Positions 6,332 to 15,800 of a stretch of DNA of 32,000 nt are shown in pieces. Within the stretch, counting starts at the first letter, position 1. Each line of letters opens with the position of its first letter. Location of the stretch: NCBI RefSeq assembly GCF_003231495.1, contig NZ_PQWO01000003.1, forward strand, positions 30,001 to 62,000, read 5' to 3'. The notes beneath the pieces are model-generated. The model was not told where the DNA came from. It was given only the letters and a program-made list of their open reading frames with translations, and did not search any database. Position numbers and translations under genes: made by a program. Source of the stretch: Acaryochloris thomasi RCC1774. Lineage in GTDB: Bacteria > Cyanobacteriota > Cyanobacteriia > Thermosynechococcales > Thermosynechococcaceae.

Positions 6332-8926
6332 TCATTGCCAACTCCCTAACAAAATAAAGGGACTCCAATAATATGGATTTCCATTATCTTCTCCTTGTTT
6401 TAATATCGAAATCTTCGCTTGTCTAAGTGCCTCTGCAGTTGTAGTAAAGTCCTGTGCTAAATTTTGATAAAATCCACGCATCAAGACAGTTGTAGCCTGA
6501 TCATTTACCTGCCACAAGGTAGCTATCGTACTTCGCGTTCCTGATCTCATAGCAATTCCAGCCAAGCCTAACGCAGCCATTTCATCTCCCACAGCTGTTT
6601 CACAGGCACTCAAAACGAGAAGCTCAACCCCCCCCCTCTGCAATTCATTTGTTTGCAGTATTCCTCTTAACTGATTCGCATTAATTCGCCCCTCCCAAGT
6701 CAACAAAAATGTCTCATCTAACCGAGAACTAAACTGCCCATGAGTTGCCAAGTGAACTACGGGGAAAAACTCTTTATCTAAAGTTGATTGCAGTCTCAAC
6801 TGAGTAAAAGTCTCATTTAGCAACGAACGGCCTTTAGACTGCCGTTCAACACTTTCTATCTCTGATGGCACATGCACTAATGCACTAAACCCATCCTGAG
6901 GCTCAGAAAGCCCCGCAATCAAAACCTTCGGGCGACTCGACAACAAAGACTTCGGCTCAATCAACTGCAGCCCTGGCGTTAAAGCAGTCGCATACTTCTC
7001 AACCAAGTACTCCAACCCATCATGCAACGCCGCCATCGGAATATTCCGCAAAACCCCATCCTGCACAAACACCAGCGTCTCCACATCACTCACAGCCAAA
7101 TCCTTAGCCACCGGACGCAACAACCAGTCATAAATCTGCTGCGCCAACGGTATCACCCTCGGACTATTCGGCTGTCCCAACGCCAACCGAAACCGATCCA
7201 CCGTACGCTCCACCAAAGCCTGCGGCACATCAGTCGAGAAAAGCTTCAACCCCTCCCCCGGCAAACTCACAATCACCGCCAACCGATCCGGCAAAATAAT
7301 CGGATACACCACCGCCGCCTGCGGATCAATCTCATCAATCAACACCGGGTTCGCATCCAAACAAGCTTCCCGAAAGAAATTATCCAGCTCCGCCAACTGC
7401 AGCGACTCAATCGTTAACCGCGCCACCTCCAGATTCTTTGTACTCGGCTGCTCCGTCTCCGCATCTAACAGCAGCGAAACCAACTGCCGATGGATCGGTT
7501 CCACACTATCCCGAAACGTAAACTGAACCTCAGGGTTGATCGCCACCAAATCTCGGCGCAAAGACTGCAGCGTTTCCACCGCCCCAGAATAAGACGCGAT
7601 TGCCCCTTGCCGATCACCCTTGACCTTCAGTAAGCGCCCCAACTGCCACTGCCAACGAAACGCACCCTCTGGAATATTTTTTGACAGCACTAACGCCCGC
7701 CGCGTCAGCTTCTCCGCCGTTGCCCACTGCTGCTCCTGCTCATAAAGCGACCCCAAAGCCCCCACCACATAGGATTCCGTCTGCGAATCTCCTAACCTCT
7801 GCGCCTGCTGTCGAGCCCTAACCAAAAGCTCAGCAATGTGCCACGCATTAGGAGCAGTCACAGGACTCAACCGCCGCAGCTTCATCAGACTGTCAGTCAA
7901 ATTGAGATAGGCATAAACTGTAGAACGGCTACTGGGCTGTTGAGACAGCCCTTGCTCAATCTGCGGCCAGCCATCTTGAGCGGCAGACCACTGTTGCTCA
8001 TCAATCTGCAAACTCAACTGATTAAGCTGCACCTGAATCGGCACCAAACCCGCCCCTGACGCTGCAGATTGATACTGCTCTTGAGCCTGTTCAGAATTTC
8101 CCAATGCCCTCAGCGTATTGCCAAGGCTCAGCTGAGCAGCCTGACTTTCTTGCAATAGCTGAAGCTGACGCGCCATTTCTAGACTCTTTTGCAGAACCTC
8201 TTTTGACTGCTCAAGCTCTCCTCCAATTCGCAGCGCATCACCAAAGCTCCGCAAAGCCACAACCTGATCCCGCGAAGGTGCAGCCTCTGATAACGTCGCC
8301 GTAATCTCAGCCAGACTTGCGATAGCTCTCCGGTATAGCCCCAAAGACTGCAGCGCCTGCGCTTGATTAATCAGACTTCGGGTCACGCCTCCAGCATTCT
8401 TTATCTGAGCAAAAGCTGACTCAGCCTGCTTCCAAGTGGCCAGTGCCTCCTGCGCTTTGCCCTGCGAGAGCTGCAACCGCCCTTGAATGTTCAGTGCCTG
8501 CGCAAGAGTCGGCAATAAAGACGTATCGGGTTCAAGCCCATCCGCCTTCAGCAAATTGACACTCATCGCAATAGCATGATTCGCCTGAGGCCACTGCCCC
8601 AACTGCTCATAGACCAGCGATAAATTACTGAGCGTCACAGCCTGAGAGACGTGATCGCCTTTTGCCTTATGCGAGTCGACAGCCTGCTCCAAGACAGAAG
8701 CAGCCTCAGCAAATTTTTTACGTTCAAACAGGTCTTTCCCCTGCTGATCCAAGTCATTAAACTGAACCACTAAATTAGATAGCTTTAGTTCAGTCTTAGC
8801 CAAAACGGGAACGGCTAAACAGACTGGAACAGCACCCCACAAACCAGCCACAGCAAAGCCAAAACATAGAGATGTACGCGACAGACAAAATCGCCGTCCC
8901 TGATTATAAAAGTAAATATTACTCAC
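6332..8926 (-). CDS. TPR-repeat CHAT-domain (caspase-like) protease with an N-terminal export signal or membrane anchor.
   Basis: C-terminal CHAT motifs are present: VHLATHGQF (His) and ELLVLSACETAVGD (Cys codon 6602-6604), plus TIATLWQVND. The N-terminal roughly 450 aa are Q/L/A-rich TPR-like repeats (LSNLSLVYEQLGQWPQA, ALNIQGRLQLSQGKAQEA). The N-terminus is MSNIYFYNQGRRFCLSRTSLCFGFAVAGLWGAVPVCLAVPVLA. The start is GTG at 8926, and the first in-frame ATG is more than 100 codons in. Confidence 0.9.
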   Translation of the reverse strand: MSNIYFYNQGRRFCLSRTSLCFGFAVAGLWGAVPVCLAVPVLAKTELKLSNLVVQFNDLDQQGKDLFERKKFAEAASVLEQAVDSHKAKGDHVSQAVTLSNLSLVYEQLGQWPQANHAIAMSVNLLKADGLEPDTSLLPTLAQALNIQGRLQLSQGKAQEALATWKQAESAFAQIKNAGGVTRSLINQAQALQSLGLYRRAIASLAEITATLSEAAPSRDQVVALRSFGDALRIGGELEQSKEVLQKSLEMARQLQLLQESQAAQLSLGNTLRALGNSEQAQEQYQSAASGAGLVPIQVQLNQLSLQIDEQQWSAAQDGWPQIEQGLSQQPSSRSTVYAYLNLTDSLMKLRRLSPVTAPNAWHIAELLVRARQQAQRLGDSQTESYVVGALGSLYEQEQQWATAEKLTRRALVLSKNIPEGAFRWQWQLGRLLKVKGDRQGAIASYSGAVETLQSLRRDLVAINPEVQFTFRDSVEPIHRQLVSLLLDAETEQPSTKNLEVARLTIESLQLAELDNFFREACLDANPVLIDEIDPQAAVVYPIILPDRLAVIVSLPGEGLKLFSTDVPQALVERTVDRFRLALGQPNSPRVIPLAQQIYDWLLRPVAKDLAVSDVETLVFVQDGVLRNIPMAALHDGLEYLVEKYATALTPGLQLIEPKSLLSSRPKVLIAGLSEPQDGFSALVHVPSEIESVERQSKGRSLLNETFTQLRLQSTLDKEFFPVVHLATHGQFSSRLDETFLLTWEGRINANQLRGILQTNELQRGGVELLVLSACETAVGDEMAALGLAGIAMRSGTRSTIATLWQVNDQATTVLMRGFYQNLAQDFTTTAEALRQAKISILKQGEDNGNPYYWSPFILLGSWQ
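6628..6636 (-). repeat. G9 homopolymer on the coding strand (C9 on +) inside the TPR-CHAT gene
   Basis: Counted directly (agctcaaCCCCCCCCCtctg). It encodes R-G-G of NELQRGGVELLVLSAC and ends 8 codons upstream of the catalytic Cys codon. Confidence 0.95.
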
Positions 8927-9209
8927 CCCACAAGCAACTGACTTAATCAGCTATCAATATGGTCTTTATCATGCAACTAATTTGCATCATGGAGCAAAGG
9001 AGTCAAAGAATCTTCATCAATCAATAATATTTCTACACTGTAAATCAAGACTTCATTCTTAACCCAGCATCCAGCAAAGGTTTATCAAATTGTTTTAGCC
9101 TCTCCACTATATAAGGATAGATATTGAGCACCATCTTTTATTTGCCGAGAGAAATACTTTAGGCACCCGACACCTTCTGCACAAGCTTTTCTAGTGAACG
9201 TGCACTCAG

Positions 9210-9449
9210 TCATGGCGTACTAGGGAAAAGTCTTGCACCTGAGTTGTCTTTTGCGTCAACGACAGGCGTTACTTGACTTCGCCCCCAGACAGTTGCAACA
9301 ACATTTCCAAGTGCAACTAGAACAGCACCGATGAGACCGATCTGCTCCTTTGTCAGTGGGAGACCAAAAGTAGCTGCCAGCATGAGAGCGACTTCAACGA
9401 GTGCAATCAAAAAATTGATAACCGCTAATGGTTCACGACTTCCATTCAT
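9210..9449 (-). CDS. Small two-TM membrane protein (79 aa), function unknown.
   Basis: ATG at 9449; the track starts two codons earlier at TTG 9455. There are two hydrophobic helices (LAVINFLIALVEVALMLAATFGL and IGLIGAVLVALGNVVATVW) joined by PLTKEQ, followed by a polar tail. It sits alone between 283-nt and 403-nt non-coding stretches. Confidence 0.45.
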   Translation of the reverse strand: MNGSREPLAVINFLIALVEVALMLAATFGLPLTKEQIGLIGAVLVALGNVVATVWGRSQVTPVVDAKDNSGARLFPSTP

Positions 9450-9760
9450 GTTCAATACCCTTTTAACAACAAGAAACTGAAGGCAAGAAAGTATTCCTAT
9501 ACCTCACTCAGCACATTGACCAAGCTGATAGATAAAGTGAGCCTTTTCCTGAGTTATGGTGCTATATATCTTGCTATTTTCTACCTATGCGATTATGTAT
9601 TCAGGCACTATTAGTATTAGCTGATAAAAGCTATCTAGAATTCGGTGAAAGACTCTATACAGAGAGATTCCATAGAGCACGAGTAATGTCACCTCCGTGT
9701 TCACACTTAGCGTATCTGCAGTCTATGGAAGCACATCAATCGAATTCTCCGAGAGCACGT

Positions 9761-9768
9761 GCGATCGC
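9761..9768. repeat. HIP1 octamer palindrome GCGATCGC
   Basis: Exact match read in the sequence. Confidence 0.95.
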
Positions 9769-9858
9769 AAGCAGAACAATGCATGGCTCCCAGTTCAATC
9801 ATTATTGAACGCATTTTCAGCAACCGTACTGGTGCTTAAGATTGAAGACTAAGTATGG

Positions 9859-12800
9859 TTAGAGATACTGCTCAGAAATCCTCTCAGAGAAAGCTGCCTT
9901 AATGACAGCCGTAGCGGCTTCGCTATCTACTGGCTTAGAAAAGAAATAGCCTTGCCCTGACTCGCAACCCAAAGTTCGAAGTTTTTCAAGTTGTGCCTCG
10001 GTTTCAATGCCTTCTGCCACGACATTCATATCTAAGCTATGAGCTAGGGCCAAAATAGTCTGGACCACGGCCACACCATCAGCAGCTTGTCCCTCAATAC
10101 GGTTGACGAAGGCACGGTCAATTTTCAAAGTATCTATCGGGAATTCATGAAGTCGGCTCAAAGACGAATACCCTGTCCCAAAGTCATCAATACAGAGCCG
10201 AACACCCTGGTCTCGCAGCTCAAAAAGCTGTGCCGATGGACTAGAAGTGGCTGACAACAGACAGCTTTCCGTGACCTCTAGCTTGAGGGTTGCAGGGTCA
10301 ATGTGATACTCAGTCAGCAGCTTCAGCAACTGCTCCGTGAAGTCTGGCTGCTGAAGCTGCAAAGCAGACAGATTGACATTCATAACAAGGGACGCAGCCT
10401 GAGGGAACTGATGCTGCCACTGCTGGATTTGTCGGCAAGCTGTCTCCAATACCCACCAGCCTAAAAGACCAATTAATCCTGTTTCTTCAGCAATGGGAAT
10501 AAACTTGACGGGTGAGATCCAGCCACGCTGGGGATGATGCCATCGCAGCAGCGCTTCAAATCCAAGGAGTTGCCCCGTTTGCAGGGCAATAATCGGCTGG
10601 TAGTTGAGCTGAAAATCGACGGGAGAAGGCGATTCACCCAGCCAACTAGCCACGTCAATAGCGTGTCGCAATTCGTTCTCAAGCTGCAGACGCTCCGTCG
10701 CACTGCTTTGCATGATCGGGTCGAACATCGCGTAACACCCCCGTCCCTCAGCCTTGGCACGATAAAGAGCGGTATCGGCATCCCGCAGCATATCCTCAGG
10801 GCTTTGATAGTGACTGCCAGTACTTCGAGCAATGCCGATCGAGGTTCCGGTAAACACTTCGTATTGGTGAAGCTGAAAGGGCTGAATAAATTGGCGCAGA
10901 ATTCGATCAGCCAAACCAATGATCTCCTTTGCAGAGGCATCTTCGATGAGTACCGCAAATTCGTCACCCCCCAGGCGCATAATACTGTCGGGATGGGGTA
11001 AACAGGCCTGCAGCCGCTCCGCAACCCGCTGGAGGAGTTGATCTCCGACAATATGCCCCAAGCTGTCATTAACCACCTTAAACTGATCGAGATCTAGAAA
11101 GAGAATTGCATACTGATAGTCTGGCACTTGTTGACTGAGCAGCAGATTTTCAGAAAGCCGCTCCATGAGGCAGGCTCGGTTTTTCAGCCCGGTGAGTAAG
11201 TCATGAAAGGCATCGTGAAGAAGCTGCTCGTGTACCTCCAGCAGATCGGCCTGAGATTGTTCGAGCTGTTTAGCATAATCTTGCGAAGCTTGATAAAGAC
11301 TGGCATTCTTTAGCGAAATGGCTGCTTGAGCACACAGCAACTTGAGCATTTCGAGCCGGTCCCCTCTGAAGGCGTGGGCTGCTAGATTATTCTCAAGGTA
11401 AAAAATTCCCACTAGCTTCCCCTGGGTCTGAATCGGTAGGCTCAGGACGGATGGGGGGCAGTGCTCAGCGATATAGGGATCGAGCGTAAAGCTGGTCAGT
11501 GCCGTGACGTTATCTAGAATTAACGGCTCTAAGGTCCGTTCAACATGGCGAATCACGGTTTCAGGGACGTCTGCACCAGAGATGGGCCGAGGGCGATGGT
11601 TGAGCAGCTTGCCGTCCCGGCAGCGCACGGCGAGGATCCACTGCTCGTGTTGCTCTGGTAGCAATAAGGCCCCCGCATCAGCCCCAGAGTTTTCGATCAC
11701 AATCTGCATCAACGTCGAGAGCAGGTGATCGAGATGCATCTCTTTTGAAACAGTCTGAGAAGCTTTGATCAGCGTACTTAAGTCAATGAGCGATGAAGTG
11801 GAGGTGCTGCTAGTGGTCAGAGTGCCAATCGATAAAGCAGTGATGGTTTCAGTGCTGTGCGAGCGTTCATGGGTTTGCTCCAGAATTGAGGCCAGCAGAG
11901 GGCGATATCGCTTTTCTAGATCTTCAACTTTAGCTGCAGCCCCCCAGTGCGCATAGGCGTAATAGGCATCAATCAGATAGGTCTTACCAATTTTCTCTTT
12001 GCCCCAGGCTAGATAGAAGCGGGCGGCCAGCTCATTGGCTAGGGCAACATCCTGAAGATAGCCGTGTTCGACTGCAGTTGCGATCGCAACATCATACCCC
12101 TCCATTGCCGCCATAGGTGCCCCTAGAACACGATGGCGCTCAGCACAGATTAGTTCGAGTCGATGCTGGTGGTTCTGGGGGGCAGAGTTAGCCCAGTGCT
12201 GCAGTTGCGTCTGACTGGCATCCACCTGAGCGAGCAAATCAGTCTGGTCAGCCTCAGAAGCCTGCGGATAAACCGCCAACCGCACCAGCGCACTGTAGAA
12301 GTGAAAAATAGGCACATCGGGCATTCCCGTCACGCAACCCACAGACGGCTCTGCAGCTATGACCGAGCGGAGCGCCTCATCCTGCTGTTCAAAGAGGTAA
12401 GCCAGCAACAGCTTCTTGAAGTTGAGATAGAACAACGCCAGCACATCATTAGCAGCCAGATGCTGCGGCTGCATCACTTGTTCGCTATAGACCGCGCCCA
12501 CCAAAACCCAAGGCTCTTCAGTAGGCTCCGTCAGGTGCAGCACCATCTGCCACAGCATGTCGCAGTAACAAAGAATAGTTCGCTGCTGTAAGTAGCCGAC
12601 CGTCTCGCTGCTCGCTCGAATTTCCGGCTCTAGCTGACTCAGCTCTTGACCAGCGAAAAAAGCATTCTCGACATAGTGATGGATGGTATAGGCAGCATAT
12701 TCTACATCCCCAGCCTCCAGGGATAGCTGATGAGCCTGATGCATCGGGACCAGCGTATCCCTTAGTGGATCACGAAAGTGGCGAATAAACAGATTAAGTA

Positions 12801-15800
12801 GCGCTAAGATCTTAGGCTGCAGTTCTTGGTTGGGATATCGCGCCAGCAGGTCCTGGGATAACTGTCCAAATCGATAGCCAGCCTCTATTTCCCCCGTCAA
12901 CCCACAGAGGATAACGCCGTAGGTCACGTACCCAAAGGCAGAGAGAGATGAGTTGCCGTGACGGAGCGTCAGCGCCACCAACCGAAAAACAATCAGCGGC
13001 ACTAGGGGCGAACCTGCCAAGTAAGAAATCGGCCAGATTCTAGCCAGAATCAACATCTTGGCAAACTGTACCGGATCCTTCATTGGCGGCAGATCCAGCA
13101 GTTCTTCACGGCTCTGATTAGCCAGTAACATCGCCGTTTCCTGCAGGCCCTGCTGCACGGCCGCAGCATCAAGCGGCTCCGGAAAGTGGACGTCTAGCTG
13201 AGCAAGATAGTCCAAGGCAATCTCAATGGCCTCCACCAGCTGGCTTTGGGCCGCGCGACTGAGGATCCGACTTTCTTGAACTTTGAGGGTATCGAGGTGG
13301 GTAACCGCATGACTTAACACCTGTTCAGCAAAGGTATCCATGTCGTCATAGCGACCGCAAAGATAGGCAGTCTCTACGGCCTCGGTATAGAGGGCCAGCG
13401 TCAGCTGATACTGCTGCTGCCAGCCTCGATCTGGCAGTAGGTTGATGCCGGCTTGAAAATAATCTAATGCTGCAGTGTGGGCCGTTGAATGTTTGGCTTT
13501 GCGTCCTGCAGCTAAATTAAGCTGAGCGAGCTGGAGCTGTTCGTAGGTCTCAATGATCAGCGTGTGGCCCTGGTTAAGCTGGTTTGCGATCGCAAATAAA
13601 GCCTCGTCTGTTCCCTCGCGATCTCGATAGGCTAGCAGAAGCCGCCCAATGGAGAGATGGGTACTGGCCCGCTGCAGTCGAGGGATCAGAGTATAGGCAG
13701 CCTGCTGTACGCGGTCATGCAAAAACCGGTAGTGAGGGGCTTCCTGTTCAGATAAAAACTCCGTTTCTGCCCGCAGATCGTTGGCCCCTTGTTCAGGCTG
13801 ATAAAACTTGTAGGTTTCACGCTGGGGCAAAATTAGCCCCTCCTGTAGCGCAGGCCACAAAGCGGCCGCCGTTTCAGCCTGCGATTGCTCACACACCGTC
13901 GCCAGCGTCGCCAAATCAAATTGACCTCCAATACAGGCTGCTAGCTGCAGGGTTCCGCGCGTCATTTCAGGTAACTTCTGTATTTGTTGGGCCACGAAGG
14001 TGACCACATCATCCGTGAGCGCCAGCGCCCTCACCTGCGTTAAATCACATTGCCAGGATCTAGCCGCCTGACTATAGGCCACCAACCCTTCTTTGTGCAG
14101 CATCTTCAGAAACTGCGTACTAAAGAACGGATTGCCCTGCGTCTTTTGAAAAATCAGCTGCGTTAGCGGACGCGCCACATCCCCTGGGCACTTCAACGTG
14201 TCTGCCACCAACTGATTGAGATCGTAGAGCATCAGAGGCGTCAGCGTCACCACCTGAGACCGAACCCCCACTTGCTCTAGCATGCGCAGCGTCGCCAGCA
14301 GCGGATGGGCCGGAGACACCTCATTATCTCTGTAGGCACCCATCAGCAGTAAATGCCCTTGATGTTCGGTAGACATCAATACCTGAATCAGATTTAGAGA
14401 GGCCAGATCGGCCCACTGTAGATCATCCAAAAACAGCACCAGAGGATGCTCCTCAGTGGCAAAGATCTGCACAAAGTGCTGAAATAGCCGGTTGAATCGG
14501 TTTTGGGCTGCGGTCCCAGATAACTCTGAGACCGGGGGCTGAGCGCCCAGAATCTGCTCCAGCTCAGGAATTACGTCAATGATTACCTGGGCATCTTGCC
14601 CCAAAACGTCCAGAATATCGGTCCGCCAACGCTGCACGGCATCAGGGCTGAGGGTCAGAATCTGCCCCATCAAATCCCGCAGCGCATCCACAAAAGCAGA
14701 GAAGGGGACGCTGCGCTGAAACTGATCAAATTTACCCTTCACAAAGTAGCCCTGACAGCGCACAATCGGCTTGTGAACTTCAGAGATAACAGCGGTTTTG
14801 CCAATCCCAGAAAAGCCCGAGATCAGGACCAGCTCTTGGCCGCCATGCGCGACGCGCTCAAAGGCATCTAGCAGCATTCTCACTTCATGGTCTCGACCAT
14901 AGAGTCGCTCAGGAATCACAAAGCGATCGCATAAATCGCCTTGCCCTAAGGGGAACATCACCCTCGCTCCCATCGCGACCTGGTCCACACAGCGCTGCAG
15001 ATCCTGCTTCAATCCCAAGGCACTCTGGTAACGATCTTCAGGATTTTTTGCCATCAGCTTGGCCACAATCGCCGACAGCATCGGCGGCACATCAGCATTG
15101 CGCTCCAGCACCGCCGGAACAGATTGGGCAATGTGGCGATGAATCCATTCAATCGGCTGTTCGGCCTCAAACGGCAGTTGGCCGGTCAACAGCTCAAAAA
15201 ACGTGACCCCAAGGGAATAGAAGTCAGTACGGTAGTCAATCCCGCGATTCATTCGCCCCGTCTGCTCTGGGGAAATATAGGCTAGCGTTCCTTCTAGAAC
15301 CCCTAAGTTTTGAATCTCCTGCGTTTCTCGAGGCAGCACCGAGGCCATGCTGAAGTCCGTCAGCTTTACCTCGAGGGTCTCAGGGTGAATCAGAATATTG
15401 TGGGGCTTGAGGTCTTTATGAATAATGCGTTGCGCGTGTAACCCCTCTAGGCTTTGGGTAATACTCAGGGCGATGTCTAAAAATTGGGTCAGGGGCAGGA
15501 TGGGGCAGGTCTCTAAATCCTGTACATATTGCTTCAGCGAAAGACCACCAAAGTCTTCCATCACTAGCGCAAAGCCGTTATCACAGGGTTCCAAGCCATA
15601 GAACTGCACAATTCCAGGCAGTGAGAGTGGCCGTGTAATCGCGTACTGATTGCGAAATTGAACCAGCTCAGCACCACTGGGATAGACTTTTTTCAATTTT
15701 TTGATGACCACAGGGGTCTGATCGAGCTGACGCTGCCCCCGAAAGACAAGGGTTCTCGACCCATCATAGAGGGTCTCCAGGATCCGATAGCCTTTGAGCA

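Noticed and set aside
7022-8304. Plus-strand ORFs inside the TPR-CHAT gene (7022..7417, 7838..8059, 8104..8304)
   Set aside because: Their translations are H/R/Q/P/I-rich low-complexity strings. These are typical of antisense reading of a Q/L/A-rich, strand-skewed gene, and the opposite strand has a clear TPR-CHAT protein.
6332-8926. The idea that the TPR-CHAT gene marks a type III-E CRISPR (Craspase-like) locus
   Set aside because: There are no direct-repeat array, no gRAMP/Cas7-11-like giant gene and no other cas genes in 32 kb. The protein also carries an export-type N-terminus, which is incompatible with a cytoplasmic CRISPR effector partner.
2600-9800. The idea that the AT-rich, HIP1-free region is a prophage or integrative element
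   Set aside because: I could find no integrase, transposase or phage structural genes, no flanking tRNA and no obvious direct repeats. The compositional break points fall inside genes, which fits allele or cassette replacement better than element insertion.
9587-9808. 73-aa plus-strand ORF in the spacer right of the small membrane-protein gene
   Set aside because: There are no motifs and the composition is odd (R/H/S-rich). A weak hairpin plus T-run at its 3' end is the only support.
10473-14871. Internal ORFs on both strands within the giant signalling gene (10473..11069, 10534..11001, 11504..11728, 11765..11956, 12163..12591, 13584..14003, 14596..14871)
   Set aside because: They all fall entirely within a 1995-aa ORF with continuous recognisable domains. 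Their products are R/S/P-rich with no motifs.
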